Shown one piece after another: positions 27,336-36,122 of a DNA stretch of 64,000 nt. Origin of the DNA: a plasmid; the sequence record CP099787.1; one strand, given 5' to 3'. Every line of letters begins with the position of its first letter. The first letter of the stretch is position 1. Below the pieces are notes generated by a model, which saw nothing but the letters and a program-made list of their open reading frames with translations, made no database searches and was not told the DNA's origin. The position numbers and the translations under genes are program-made.

Positions 27336-27623
27336 TTACTCACTAAAAATACGAGAGCTAATGAAATTACTAAAGGAGCAAGTATTCCGATAATTTTCAT
27401 TTCTTATCACCCTTTCTTCTATTAACTCATAGCCTGAAAATGTTCTAACAATGGGCTTAGGTAAATTGTCTCTTTTGATAAATAGAAAATCTTGTTGCAG
27501 TTTTTGAAATACTTGCCAAGTAGTTTTCGTATCCTCATTAAGGTAATTACCATCTTGATCTTCAGTAAAATCTAAGGTTGAAAAATATTGTTCAAACAAG
27601 CCTTTATTAGTCATAGCCTTCAA
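27336..27623 (-). CDS. hypothetical protein (95 aa)
   Basis: ORF with a 4-nt overlap onto the upstream gene. Confidence 0.45.
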   Translation of the reverse strand: MKAMTNKGLFEQYFSTLDFTEDQDGNYLNEDTKTTWQVFQKLQQDFLFIKRDNLPKPIVRTFSGYELIEERVIRNENYRNTCSFSNFISSRIFSE

Positions 27624-28216
27624 CTCCAGACCTCATTTATCTCGGTCATCAAGTTTGAATCTTCTAAACATTTAAAAAACGATGATTGCTGCGACTCTGA
27701 TAAAATCACTTCAGTAAGATGTGGTTTCTTATCTACAATTTTTGAATTGTAAATAGATGCATAGAACTTATTTTCTTCATTAGCTGAAAGTATAAAAACA
27801 CTTTCATTTGAAGAATTAGGATCTAGAGAGCAACCGATCAAAGTTTTTGATTTAATGCAATTCATTTCATTAAAAAGGAAATGCTCAATAATATTTAAGT
27901 TATCTTCCAACACCTTGAAATTGTTTAGTTTTGTGCGGATAGACCAACTATTTGACCAAAGCTTTAAGATAACTGTGGAAAGAGCAAATATTGCTGTAAG
28001 AAAGTAATATCCTAACGTGGAGTTATCACTCGTTAATCCAGAATACCCAGCATATGCTGCTAAAATTACTAGTAAACAAAGTAGTATTAAATTTACTTGC
28101 TTCTTCTTAGTCGCTTCGATATCCGAAAAAATCTTATTAAAGCCACCCTCTGAATAACGACTGAGGTAGAAATTTATAACTTTAGATTTGTTAATAGTGT
28201 CTGTTTTTGAGCTCAT
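27620..28216 (-). CDS. membrane protein (198 aa)
   Basis: ORF with two TM helices. Confidence 0.5.
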   Translation of the reverse strand: MSSKTDTINKSKVINFYLSRYSEGGFNKIFSDIEATKKKQVNLILLCLLVILAAYAGYSGLTSDNSTLGYYFLTAIFALSTVILKLWSNSWSIRTKLNNFKVLEDNLNIIEHFLFNEMNCIKSKTLIGCSLDPNSSNESVFILSANEENKFYASIYNSKIVDKKPHLTEVILSESQQSSFFKCLEDSNLMTEINEVWS

Positions 28217-28387
28217 CAGTTACCCTTTTAAATTCAATTCAAGGATTGTTTGTTTTTGCTGAAGTTTAAAATCAAATTGTAGTAGGACTGGCTAATTCGG
28301 ATTTTTTTATAGCCAAAGTCTATGTAATAAAAAACCCTATGGTTTTTTATCCGTTTCTTTGGAATACAATTAAATTTCAATATATGC

Positions 28388-28762
28388 TTAACAGTCATTT
28401 TCATGGTCCACCTCTGTGTTAAATAGCTTTAACTCAACGAACCAGTAATTAAACTTACCTTCTACACTAGCAATTATTTCTGCATATACTCCCTTTGAAT
28501 TAACTAAAATTTTGACATCTTCTAAATCAATAGGACCTTTGAAGTTAAGAAGGCGTAAATGAATGAAGTTATGTAAATTGATTTCAGGTATACGATATGT
28601 AGTGAAGAAACAGGATTCCAAGCTTTTCAGCTTCGCAATACTCTGATCTAAGTCCTGAACTATTTTTTCAGGCAAATTAAGAATGAGGGTTTCAAAGTCT
28701 AAGTGACTTTTAAAATTTAGGATATTATCTGGGAAAGCTAGAAATTGAATGGTTTCTACCAT
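28388..28762 (-). CDS. hypothetical protein (about 124 aa)
   Basis: The true start is probably MVETIQ, after the HP2-SD leader. Confidence 0.5.
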   Translation of the reverse strand: MVETIQFLAFPDNILNFKSHLDFETLILNLPEKIVQDLDQSIAKLKSLESCFFTTYRIPEINLHNFIHLRLLNFKGPIDLEDVKILVNSKGVYAEIIASVEGKFNYWFVELKLFNTEVDHENDC

Positions 28763-28889
28763 CTTGAACTCCTTAAGCATTTCTGCTCATTAATTGCGTA
28801 GATTATACTACTAAAACATACTTAAAACAAACTGTTTATTATTTAGCTATACTAACAGACGGTTCTGTATATTTAAACAAAAAAAATAA

Positions 28890-28909
28890 CTGTTGCGGAT
28901 CCGCAACAG
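28890..28909. terminator. 20-bp perfect palindrome ctgttgcggatccgcaacag followed by T8 on the minus strand: terminator for 28916..29296 built from the palindrome family
   Basis: Hairpin plus U-run in minus-strand sense (A8 at 28881-28888 on the plus strand). Confidence 0.6.
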
Positions 28910-28915
28910 CTACTT

Positions 28916-29296
28916 TTACTTATTATCTCCGTCAATAAATTCTTTAGCCAATTGTGTAAACTTTGCGCTTCTATTTGGAGAAACGGCATCAATTCCAGTA
29001 ATAACACTCTTAGGTAAAGTTAAAGTAACTCTTTCTAATGTATCATCAAAGCAACTACTCGGAATTTCTAATAAAATCCCGCCACTTTTTAAACTTTTGT
29101 AAAGATCAAATACTGGTAATTTTTCTCCAGCATGGTGCAGAGCGACCACTTTTTCGATAATCCTGTTTTTCATTTGTTCAATACAATGTAGTAAATTGCT
29201 TGATTTTTCTACAATATCAAACGCTTCGCAATTTAAATAATAAATATTGCCCTGTCTTAAAACTTTAACCGGAATGTAACGAGTTTCATCAACCAT
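28916..29296 (-). CDS. HicB-like antitoxin-fold protein with C-terminal ribbon-helix-helix; tentative
   Basis: The N-terminus resembles the HicB/UPF0150 pattern (RYIPVKV...GNIYYLNCEAFDIV). The C-terminus (VTLTLPKSVITGIDAVSPNRSAKFTQLAKEFI) looks like an RHH. No hicA partner was seen. Confidence 0.4.
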   Translation of the reverse strand: MVDETRYIPVKVLRQGNIYYLNCEAFDIVEKSSNLLHCIEQMKNRIIEKVVALHHAGEKLPVFDLYKSLKSGGILLEIPSSCFDDTLERVTLTLPKSVITGIDAVSPNRSAKFTQLAKEFIDGDNK

Positions 29297-29341
29297 GATA
29301 TTTCTAATCTAAATCATACGAGTAAATCATACCAAAAAAAA

Positions 29342-29866
29342 TTATTTAGTAGAAAGTTTTTCAAGACACTTTTTTGCCTCTTCTAATAGACGAGTATCAA
29401 TTTCTCTTTTATGTGTAAGCATTCTTCTGAGATTTTGAGGATTCGCGTTCAAGAGATCTGCATATATACTACTTGTAAGCTCTTCACCATTCTGAGCTTC
29501 ATAAAGTTTTTTTGTTTTTTCATATATTTGCTTTAGATGGATAGCATTAATAAAGTCCTTTCTTTCTTGAACAACCCCTCTCTCAATATAATTCCAATCA
29601 AAATAATTTTTTTCAAAATCTTTATTTTTTGCTTTGGACTCAAGACGTTTAAGTCTATTTTGAATTTCGGGAACAGCTACTTGACTCAAAATAGTGAAGA
29701 CCTGACTATTATGATAATCAGGGTCCTCCATCACGACTTTATTTAGAAAATCATCACCGATTTTCTGAAGCTCTGGATATTGGGGAGAATTTTTTGGTAC
29801 ACAAGTTTCGAGAAATACATCATATAACCCCTTAACTTGTCCGATTTGTATCGAATAACTGCTCAT
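29342..29866 (-). CDS. hypothetical protein (174 aa)
   Basis: Last gene of the operon that starts at 32422. Confidence 0.5.
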   Translation of the reverse strand: MSSYSIQIGQVKGLYDVFLETCVPKNSPQYPELQKIGDDFLNKVVMEDPDYHNSQVFTILSQVAVPEIQNRLKRLESKAKNKDFEKNYFDWNYIERGVVQERKDFINAIHLKQIYEKTKKLYEAQNGEELTSSIYADLLNANPQNLRRMLTHKREIDTRLLEEAKKCLEKLSTK

Positions 29867-31097
29867 TTGGTTTTAAATTGTCCTCTAAAATTTCTGAATC
29901 TGTAGTTAATAATCCAAGTTTTGGAAGATCAGGCATCGCCATTTCAGCCTCCCATATCCAACCTTCATATTCACTAGCTTCAATCAAATTAACTACACTT
30001 TCTTTATACGTGTGAGATTGTGCTGCCGGAATGATATACATTGCCGTAGGAACAGGCAAAGTATCAAGAGCCACTAAACTCGACAACGGTTTTTTTCTAT
30101 CCAGATTGTAACGCAACCCTTTAATAAAAGGTCTATTTTCTCTGATCATTTCATTTATAAGATCATATTCATACATATTCTCATAAGGAATCCACTGTTC
30201 ATTTACAACAATTAAACTAACTTCTTCTAAATTAGCTACACCAGAAATTCCTCTAGTAAAAGTTGAGATAGTAATTAATTGAGAGTTTTCGTGAGCACCC
30301 CAAAGCTCTAAGTCCTCTTGGAACCGTTTAAATATTCTTTTATGTAGATCCTTATTCATAAAAAAATGGAAATCTGGACAATGCTTTATAACCATTTTGA
30401 AATCGTATCTGGCTTCTGAAATTTCTTTAACTATTCCTATTAAAATCATGAGGTTTTGTGATGCTTTGCCCGTATTCATATGGGCCATTTTTTCATTTCT
30501 TCTTGCTATTATTTCTTTTTTCTTCTGATCATTATATGTTTCAGGAATATAGAGATTATCGGTTAATGAAGCTCTTTTGGCGATTTTAGAATCACTAGCA
30601 TTAAGCAGTGCTTTTCTTACTGTATACCAATTTCTCTTCGGAATGTCTGGATTGAAATAATTTAACTTAGCTTCTTCAAAAAGATAATGAAGTAATCCAC
30701 GTAATGTAAGTTTTTTTCCATCAGTTCTTACCGAGTCACTATCTGCTCCAGAAGGGGCTGGCGGAGCTTTACCTGGCATTTTAGTTAAACTGAAATCTAA
30801 TTTTAAATTTGTAGTACCATCTTCAGGATTTTCTTGTATTGCCTGTCCTTGTACCTCTCCAAGCCCGGAAAGTTCTTCAGGAGGCTCAAAACTTAAACAG
30901 ACTGGTGAATGTCTTCCACCTGTTTTAGGCATTCTTTTTAGAATATAACTTTCATTTATTTTTGCTATGTACATTTCAACACCATTATTAGTACATAAAC
31001 AAAGTGGACGTTTCCGCTTCTCATAGTATTGTTTTAATAATGATTGTAGTCCTTCAAAATCACTACTAATTACATCTTCACCAAATAATAGTTTCAT
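29832..31097 (-). CDS. hypothetical protein (421 aa)
   Basis: A long ORF 16 nt after the zeta-like gene. Confidence 0.55.
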   Translation of the reverse strand: MKLLFGEDVISSDFEGLQSLLKQYYEKRKRPLCLCTNNGVEMYIAKINESYILKRMPKTGGRHSPVCLSFEPPEELSGLGEVQGQAIQENPEDGTTNLKLDFSLTKMPGKAPPAPSGADSDSVRTDGKKLTLRGLLHYLFEEAKLNYFNPDIPKRNWYTVRKALLNASDSKIAKRASLTDNLYIPETYNDQKKKEIIARRNEKMAHMNTGKASQNLMILIGIVKEISEARYDFKMVIKHCPDFHFFMNKDLHKRIFKRFQEDLELWGAHENSQLITISTFTRGISGVANLEEVSLIVVNEQWIPYENMYEYDLINEMIRENRPFIKGLRYNLDRKKPLSSLVALDTLPVPTAMYIIPAAQSHTYKESVVNLIEASEYEGWIWEAEMAMPDLPKLGLLTTDSEILEDNLKPNEQLFDTNRTS

Positions 31098-31112
31098 ATT
31101 AGTAACTCCAAA

Positions 31113-32196
31113 TTATCTGTCTAGTTCTACGCCAACATCATGTTGTAAGCTTTGTTCTTGAGTAATATGAAAATCTTGTATTTCCTTTTCATTCATTAAT
31201 TGCGGTATATCCCCAGCATGATTAATAAATAACTCTCGTCCACGATAAAAGTTATTGTCTTTTTCGAGTTGATCCTTTAATTGATCTTTACTGTATTTTA
31301 TTCCAACCAAGTTATTGATTTTGAGTGTAAAATCCCTTTCAGACTCATCCGTCACGATACCATGTACTACATCTCTAAATGAACCAGGATCTTTAATAAT
31401 CTTTGGTGGGTCTAAATTTATTTCTAAGTTCTTTTCTGATTTCCCGTTTATATTTTTATTTTGGTTTTCACGTGGATTAATTGTTAGATGAGCATTTTCA
31501 ATTTCTTTTAATTGTTGTTGCGTCAGCAAATTATAATCAGCCTCCGTTTTAGATAAAGTTTTATTCGTTTCTTGATTATAGATATTTAAACCAGCTTTTT
31601 TTTGGTTCCATACCCCTTCATCATTACGCATGTTTGAGTAAATTTCTTTACCAACACGATCATAAACTTTAAAACTATCCACAACTTTTGAATTTTCTAA
31701 TTCTTCTATTGCTCTTAAAGTTTCAGGATGTGTATTTTTATCTAAAGAGTTTTCATTAGGGGGGAATGAAGATACTGCTCTGATTTCAATCGTATAATTT
31801 TTACTCTTAAGCGATTCAGTAATATCATTTAAAACATTTTCATTTTTAAATTCATGATTTAAAAGCAAATTATATTTTTCATTACTAATAGTAGAAATCA
31901 ATTGATGAATTGAATGGTCTTTATCTTGTTGCGGATCCGCAACTTTAAAAAATTGATTGGTCAATTAAAATTGAACCACCTTTTTTATTTAATTCATCTT
32001 GTGCTTGTGCAACGATTACGTCTTTACCTGAATCATGAGTACCCACAGTTAATATAGCTGTTGGAGTTTCTTGACTAACAGCTAAAGCTTTAGAAAAACT
32101 AAAATACTTATCTACAAATTGAGTAAATTGTTGATTAATGCTTTCTTCCGAATTCAAACTAGAATTTAGAGAATTTTCAAAATTATTTGTTACCAT
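31113..32196 (-). CDS. zeta-toxin-family (UNAG-kinase fold) protein with an atypical Walker A; the reading frame is broken at a T6 run near 31950
   Basis: Across the ORFs 31945..32196 and 31113..31964, the sequence AVSQETPTAILTVGTHDSGKDVIVAQAQ...GGSILIDQSIF|KVADPQQ aligns with the zeta-toxin N-terminus [28 protein letters not shown]...[18 protein letters not shown]. Removing one T restores the frame. Confidence 0.55.
31928..31943. repeat. 16-bp palindrome GTTGCGGATCCGCAAC inside the zeta-like gene (it encodes VADPQ)
   Basis: Read directly from the sequence. Confidence 0.85.
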
Positions 32197-32422
32197 TATT
32201 GAGTTCCTTATTTAGATTTATAAGTTCATTTTTAAAAGAAATTAGACTAGAAAAGTCCATCTTATATAGGACACCGTTATTTAATATCCTTACTGACATA
32301 GATATCAATTTTTGATGCTCAATAGAGGCATCTTCAATAGAATTTTGTAGAAGTAAAAATATTAAATATTTGATATCTTTAAGATATTTATTTCTCTCGT
32401 TAAAAAAATAAAGATTTTCCAT
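32183..32422 (-). CDS. small helical protein, candidate epsilon-like antitoxin (79 aa)
   Basis: It sits immediately upstream of the zeta-like gene and overlaps it by 14 nt. Its size and helical character fit an epsilon antitoxin. Confidence 0.4.
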   Translation of the reverse strand: MENLYFFNERNKYLKDIKYLIFLLLQNSIEDASIEHQKLISMSVRILNNGVLYKMDFSSLISFKNELINLNKELNNGNK

Positions 32423-32460
32423 CTATAGTTCACCGTAAAACATCGTAAGCAATGAACATA

Positions 32461-32497
32461 CTATACTAAAAAAAATCAATCAAAGTGCTGCAATTAT
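32461..32497 (-). promoter_or_regulatory. conserved promoter/operator motif (TTGCAG-N17-TAGTAT with spacer GCACTTTGAT), copy 1 of 3
   Basis: taaaaaaaatcaatcaaagtgctgcaatt on the plus strand. The same motif occurs upstream of rep and of the tra operon. Confidence 0.5.
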
Positions 32498-33687
32498 TGA
32501 ATTGGAACTTTTAATTTGAATTTGATGGTAATTTTTAATTCTTCAGATTCATTAAAATCATAAATGTGCTCATCTAAAATAATAACGATTAAAGAAGCAA
32601 TGAAGCAGGCTAATATCTGATTTTGGGCATTGTCACATAACTTTTTTAATTCTGATAAATGCATTATTGCAGCTTGTACTTTTATGCCTTGAAGCCAACG
32701 GAGAACGCTTCTGTACGATACTTGAAGTAATTCTGATATATAGGTTTTAGTTTTACCAGAACGCAATAAACGCGCAGCCGTGCGCCTCATTTCAACATAT
32801 TTATCGGATTTTGCACGTCCACCTTTCTTTGCTTTAATATGTTGCCTTTCACAAAACTCTTGAAAGCAGTAGCTATCTTTTTTCCAACAATATTTTGCGA
32901 TTGATTTTGCTGTAGCACAAACTTCTGAATATGGTAGCGGAACGCTAAAATTCTTATTTGCATTTATTAATAAGCTTTTTACATGATCAAACCACTCAAC
33001 AAATGTTTTACTTCTATAACTTCTAATGTCGATATATGCTTGATGCCGTATTTCGTTAAATAGATGATCATTACGGCCGTTAATTACAAATTTCTCTATA
33101 CCGGGTTTTTCTGAATTTATATTTCTGTATTCATGTGGCTTAAGTTCTAAATGTTCAACAAGTTCATGCAATGAATACTTTTCTAATCGTGGTACTTCTA
33201 CAATCCATTTTTCATGTGCAGGATTCTTTGCTATTAGTCCCACGTACTTGCTGTCACCTTTTAATACTTCAGTGAGCTTTTTAGAAACTGAATTATAAAA
33301 TTCTTGAGCTCTCTTGCTGGAACTTTCAGTAAAACTTACTGGAGCTTCAAGTTCATAGTAAAAATGGCAATGAGTATTTTCTGGATTAACTACAATTAAA
33401 TTTGGTACTGGAATATTGTCATCAAAATCATACCGCCAAGCTGTTGCTGCGCCTGGATAATCAGCATCAATAACTATATATCTTTTAAAATTCGGATGAT
33501 TAATTTGTATATGTGAGTGACGTATAGCTTGTTTCTTGTCACGAATCTTTAATCCGAAGAAGTCACTGGTACAGTAAGGTTTTTTTGGTAGGTTTTCATA
33601 TAATCTATTGATTATAAAGTCTTTTTTAGAATTTAAATTAACAGAGTTTACAGTCATAAGTATGCCCATTGTACAATTTGGACACAC
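32494..33687 (-). CDS. rep: plasmid replication initiator, replicase-family with PriCT-like C-terminal region
   Basis: A 397-aa product. The C-terminal block LPYSEVCATAKSIAKYCWKK fits the primase-C-terminal pattern, and the N-terminal region resembles replicase-family Rep proteins. Its position next to the partition genes fits a rep gene. Confidence 0.6.
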   Translation of the reverse strand: MCPNCTMGILMTVNSVNLNSKKDFIINRLYENLPKKPYCTSDFFGLKIRDKKQAIRHSHIQINHPNFKRYIVIDADYPGAATAWRYDFDDNIPVPNLIVVNPENTHCHFYYELEAPVSFTESSSKRAQEFYNSVSKKLTEVLKGDSKYVGLIAKNPAHEKWIVEVPRLEKYSLHELVEHLELKPHEYRNINSEKPGIEKFVINGRNDHLFNEIRHQAYIDIRSYRSKTFVEWFDHVKSLLINANKNFSVPLPYSEVCATAKSIAKYCWKKDSYCFQEFCERQHIKAKKGGRAKSDKYVEMRRTAARLLRSGKTKTYISELLQVSYRSVLRWLQGIKVQAAIMHLSELKKLCDNAQNQILACFIASLIVIILDEHIYDFNESEELKITIKFKLKVPIQ

Positions 33688-33726
33688 TTTTCTTGGTTAT
33701 TATAATGATCTTTCGCATATAAAAGG

Positions 33727-33859
33727 GTTGCAAAAGATATGAAGTAGATGTACTATGAATCTACGTTATACAAATAACCGTTGTTAAGTATGCCCTGCGA
33801 AGGATCTTGACAACAACCAGAGAGACTGAACGTTGGCGCGTTCAGTCTTTCGTCTTTTT
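33727..33859 (+). ncRNA. candidate small antisense RNA in the rep leader (putative promoter TTGCAA-N17-TACTAT at 33727-33755; intrinsic terminator at 33820-33859)
   Basis: A perfect 9-bp stem gactgaacg/cgttcagtc + tttcgtcttttt lies on the plus strand opposite rep. No plus-strand gene is nearby. Confidence 0.35.
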
Positions 33860-33875
33860 AAGCATAGCATTTTTC

Positions 33876-33907
33876 TAATCAAAAAAAATCATCAAAGTGC
33901 TACAACT
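33876..33907 (-). promoter_or_regulatory. conserved promoter/operator motif, copy 2 (upstream of rep)
   Basis: aaaaaaaatcatcaaagtgctacaact. Confidence 0.5.
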
Positions 33908-34160
33908 TTTCGTATTTTATAGCACAAAATATTTTAGTTATCCACAATTTGTATAAATTTATTTTTTATCACAAATTACATTTTTCAACTCTAGCCTTAG
34001 TAACCTTATTCTAGTGCATCACTCTGCGTATTCATCTTTAAATAAATCATTCACTAAAAATGTTGAATTTTTAAACTTAACTTTTTTTTTGTATATGGTT
34101 ATCATATGATCTAAACATACACTTGATTTAAAAAATCCCACTCATTACAAGGAAACCATT

Positions 34161-34394
34161 ATGAAAAAAATCTTTTTATCTTTAACTTTGGGTTTAACAC
34201 TTGCTGCTTCAAATGCTGCTTTTGCTCAAAAAAAAGGAGGCGAATGTTATTCCCGTGATAACTCAACATATATGTGCCCTGCCATTAGCCAAAAAGATCG
34301 TTTAACTATCCAACAAATTTATGATTTGGGATGGAAAGTAGTAGGTTACTTTGGAACACAAACAGGTAGATCAATTATCATCGAGCAACAATAA
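34161..34394 (+). CDS. small secreted protein (77 aa)
   Basis: The signal peptide is MKKIFLSLTLGLTLAASNAAFA, and the SD is aaggaaa. Confidence 0.55.
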   Translation: MKKIFLSLTLGLTLAASNAAFAQKKGGECYSRDNSTYMCPAISQKDRLTIQQIYDLGWKVVGYFGTQTGRSIIIEQQ

Positions 34395-34461
34395 TTTGAT
34401 AATTGTTTAGACTTTGCCAACACGGTACTTCATGTATGTGTTGTACCTATTGGAGAATAAA

Positions 34462-34713
34462 ATGATTGAAAATAAGTTTATGAAATTTTTGTTATTTCTT
34501 TTATTTGCAATTATGGGCTCCACACTTAGCTACATGATTAACAATATAATTCCTTTAATTATTTTACTTGTTATTTATGGATTAATTGTTAAGGATCCAG
34601 CTTTAAGAGCTCATAAATTTCTAGAAAGAGAAGTGTATTTTGTTCCGTGCGATCCTAGTACATCATACAAATATGCTCCTTTTGCGCCTCCATTTTTTAC
34701 TTCAAGCAAATAA
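34462..34713 (+). CDS. small membrane protein (about 83 aa)
   Basis: The true start is probably MIENKF, after the ggagaa SD; two TM helices. Confidence 0.5.
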   Translation: MIENKFMKFLLFLLFAIMGSTLSYMINNIIPLIILLVIYGLIVKDPALRAHKFLEREVYFVPCDPSTSYKYAPFAPPFFTSSK

Positions 34714-34754
34714 CCAAAACACATTTTTGAGCCTCTCGGCTTCAGGAGTCAATA

Positions 34755-35420
34755 ATGCAAATCTCAGATAGAGTTGAAAGTTATATCCGTGAAGTTGTTC
34801 ATCTAAATGCTACCTCTTCTTATACATTATTGTCCTATATTGAAGGACCAATAAAGAATGAGTTCTTTTATCAAATTGATGACACTTACCAAAGACTTTA
34901 TTTTGAAGAATTACGGAAGCCCAGTGCATTAAGATTTATCCCGGGCGCAATGGAATTACTTTCAAATGATAATATTCCGTCAACCATAAAAGAACTTTTT
35001 GTGATCGCTGCAAGACAAAGAAAGAATTTTTATTTTTGGAAGCGGCCAATTAATGCAATAACAGACTTTCTTAAATCCATAGATCCGAATCAATTGAAAG
35101 ATTTATCTAAAATCAAATCATTGATATCAGAACATAACCTTAAAGCGCAAAAAAATAGCTCCATAATTCAGTTAAAATCTCTAAATGACAGATTTATAAG
35201 CGATTTAATACATTGCTACTTTGAATTGATGAAGTATAAGTCTGATACTATTCGAGTTATTACTATTTTCAAAACAATACAGAAAGATACTGAAGTATTT
35301 CTTGATCGAGTTGAGTATTTTCTGGAAAACATTGAAAACCAAGAAATTAATGAATATTGGAATAATATCCGTATAACGTTCGATGATTTTTTACAAATTA
35401 AATATGACTTCAAACAATAA
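34755..35420 (+). CDS. hypothetical protein (221 aa)
   Basis: ORF with the SD caggag. Confidence 0.55.
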   Translation: MQISDRVESYIREVVHLNATSSYTLLSYIEGPIKNEFFYQIDDTYQRLYFEELRKPSALRFIPGAMELLSNDNIPSTIKELFVIAARQRKNFYFWKRPINAITDFLKSIDPNQLKDLSKIKSLISEHNLKAQKNSSIIQLKSLNDRFISDLIHCYFELMKYKSDTIRVITIFKTIQKDTEVFLDRVEYFLENIENQEINEYWNNIRITFDDFLQIKYDFKQ

Positions 35421-35457
35421 CCTCTAAACACGGTCCTTCATTTTTTCGGGTTAATAA

Positions 35458-35961
35458 ATGATTAATTTGCTTGAGCTCCTTTATCTAGGAGATTTTTATT
35501 CCCTTGTGTTTATATTTTTCTTGATGTTAATGCTAGCTAGTTTAATTTTCTTTGCATTAAAAAAACGTCCAATTTTCTATAATTCATTCAGCTTATCATT
35601 CTTTCTTACTTTAATTGCTTGGTTGAGCATAAATGCAGCACCACTACCCTTTGCATTACAGGAAAATATTAAAACTCTTTTAATTCAACAAGCAAAAGCC
35701 GGTGTTGGGTCTAACGGTCTTGTAAATCGTATTCTAGTGCCATGTATGTATCCAAATAAAGGTTATATTAGAGGGTTTGATTATCACTATGCTTTAGATT
35801 CTTATAAAACTGACATGCAAAAACATCTTGATAAAACTGAAGCTTTTAAAGTTCAACCTAAGAGTGTCTTAAACATCGATACTAGTTTAGAGCTGTGTAA
35901 ATTTATTGAAGAATTTAATGTAATAAAAGTTAAAGAAATCACAGAAAATGAACCTAGATAA
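35458..35961 (+). CDS. membrane protein (167 aa)
   Basis: ORF with two N-terminal TM helices. Confidence 0.5.
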   Translation: MINLLELLYLGDFYSLVFIFFLMLMLASLIFFALKKRPIFYNSFSLSFFLTLIAWLSINAAPLPFALQENIKTLLIQQAKAGVGSNGLVNRILVPCMYPNKGYIRGFDYHYALDSYKTDMQKHLDKTEAFKVQPKSVLNIDTSLELCKFIEEFNVIKVKEITENEPR

Positions 35962-36040
35962 AAGTTGCAAAATATTCCATGGCCATTCTCCTTCAGCAGC
36001 TCCTGGATAAAAGTAATTAAATGTCATAACCTTTTGTTTT

Positions 36041-36090
36041 ATAAAAAAATGCCAAGAATAGTTATTAAAACTCTCTTGGCATTTTATTAC
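36041..36090. terminator. probable bidirectional terminator between convergent genes
   Basis: aaaaaaatgccaaga...tcttggcattttatt; the loop is large. Confidence 0.4.
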
Positions 36091-36122
36091 AAAAATATAA
36101 GAAGTTTAGCTTTAGATTTTTT

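Noticed and set aside
1683-28800. Integron cassette array (attC sites)
   Set aside because: The conserved element lies immediately 5' of the start codons and includes the SD. It lacks attC-like R''/L''-L'/R' architecture, and no intI or attI is present.
31928-31943. VADPQ(Q) peptide motif recurring in several unrelated ORFs
   Set aside because: It is simply the in-frame translation of the GTTGCGGATCCGCAAC palindrome, which reads the same on both strands. It is not a protein motif.
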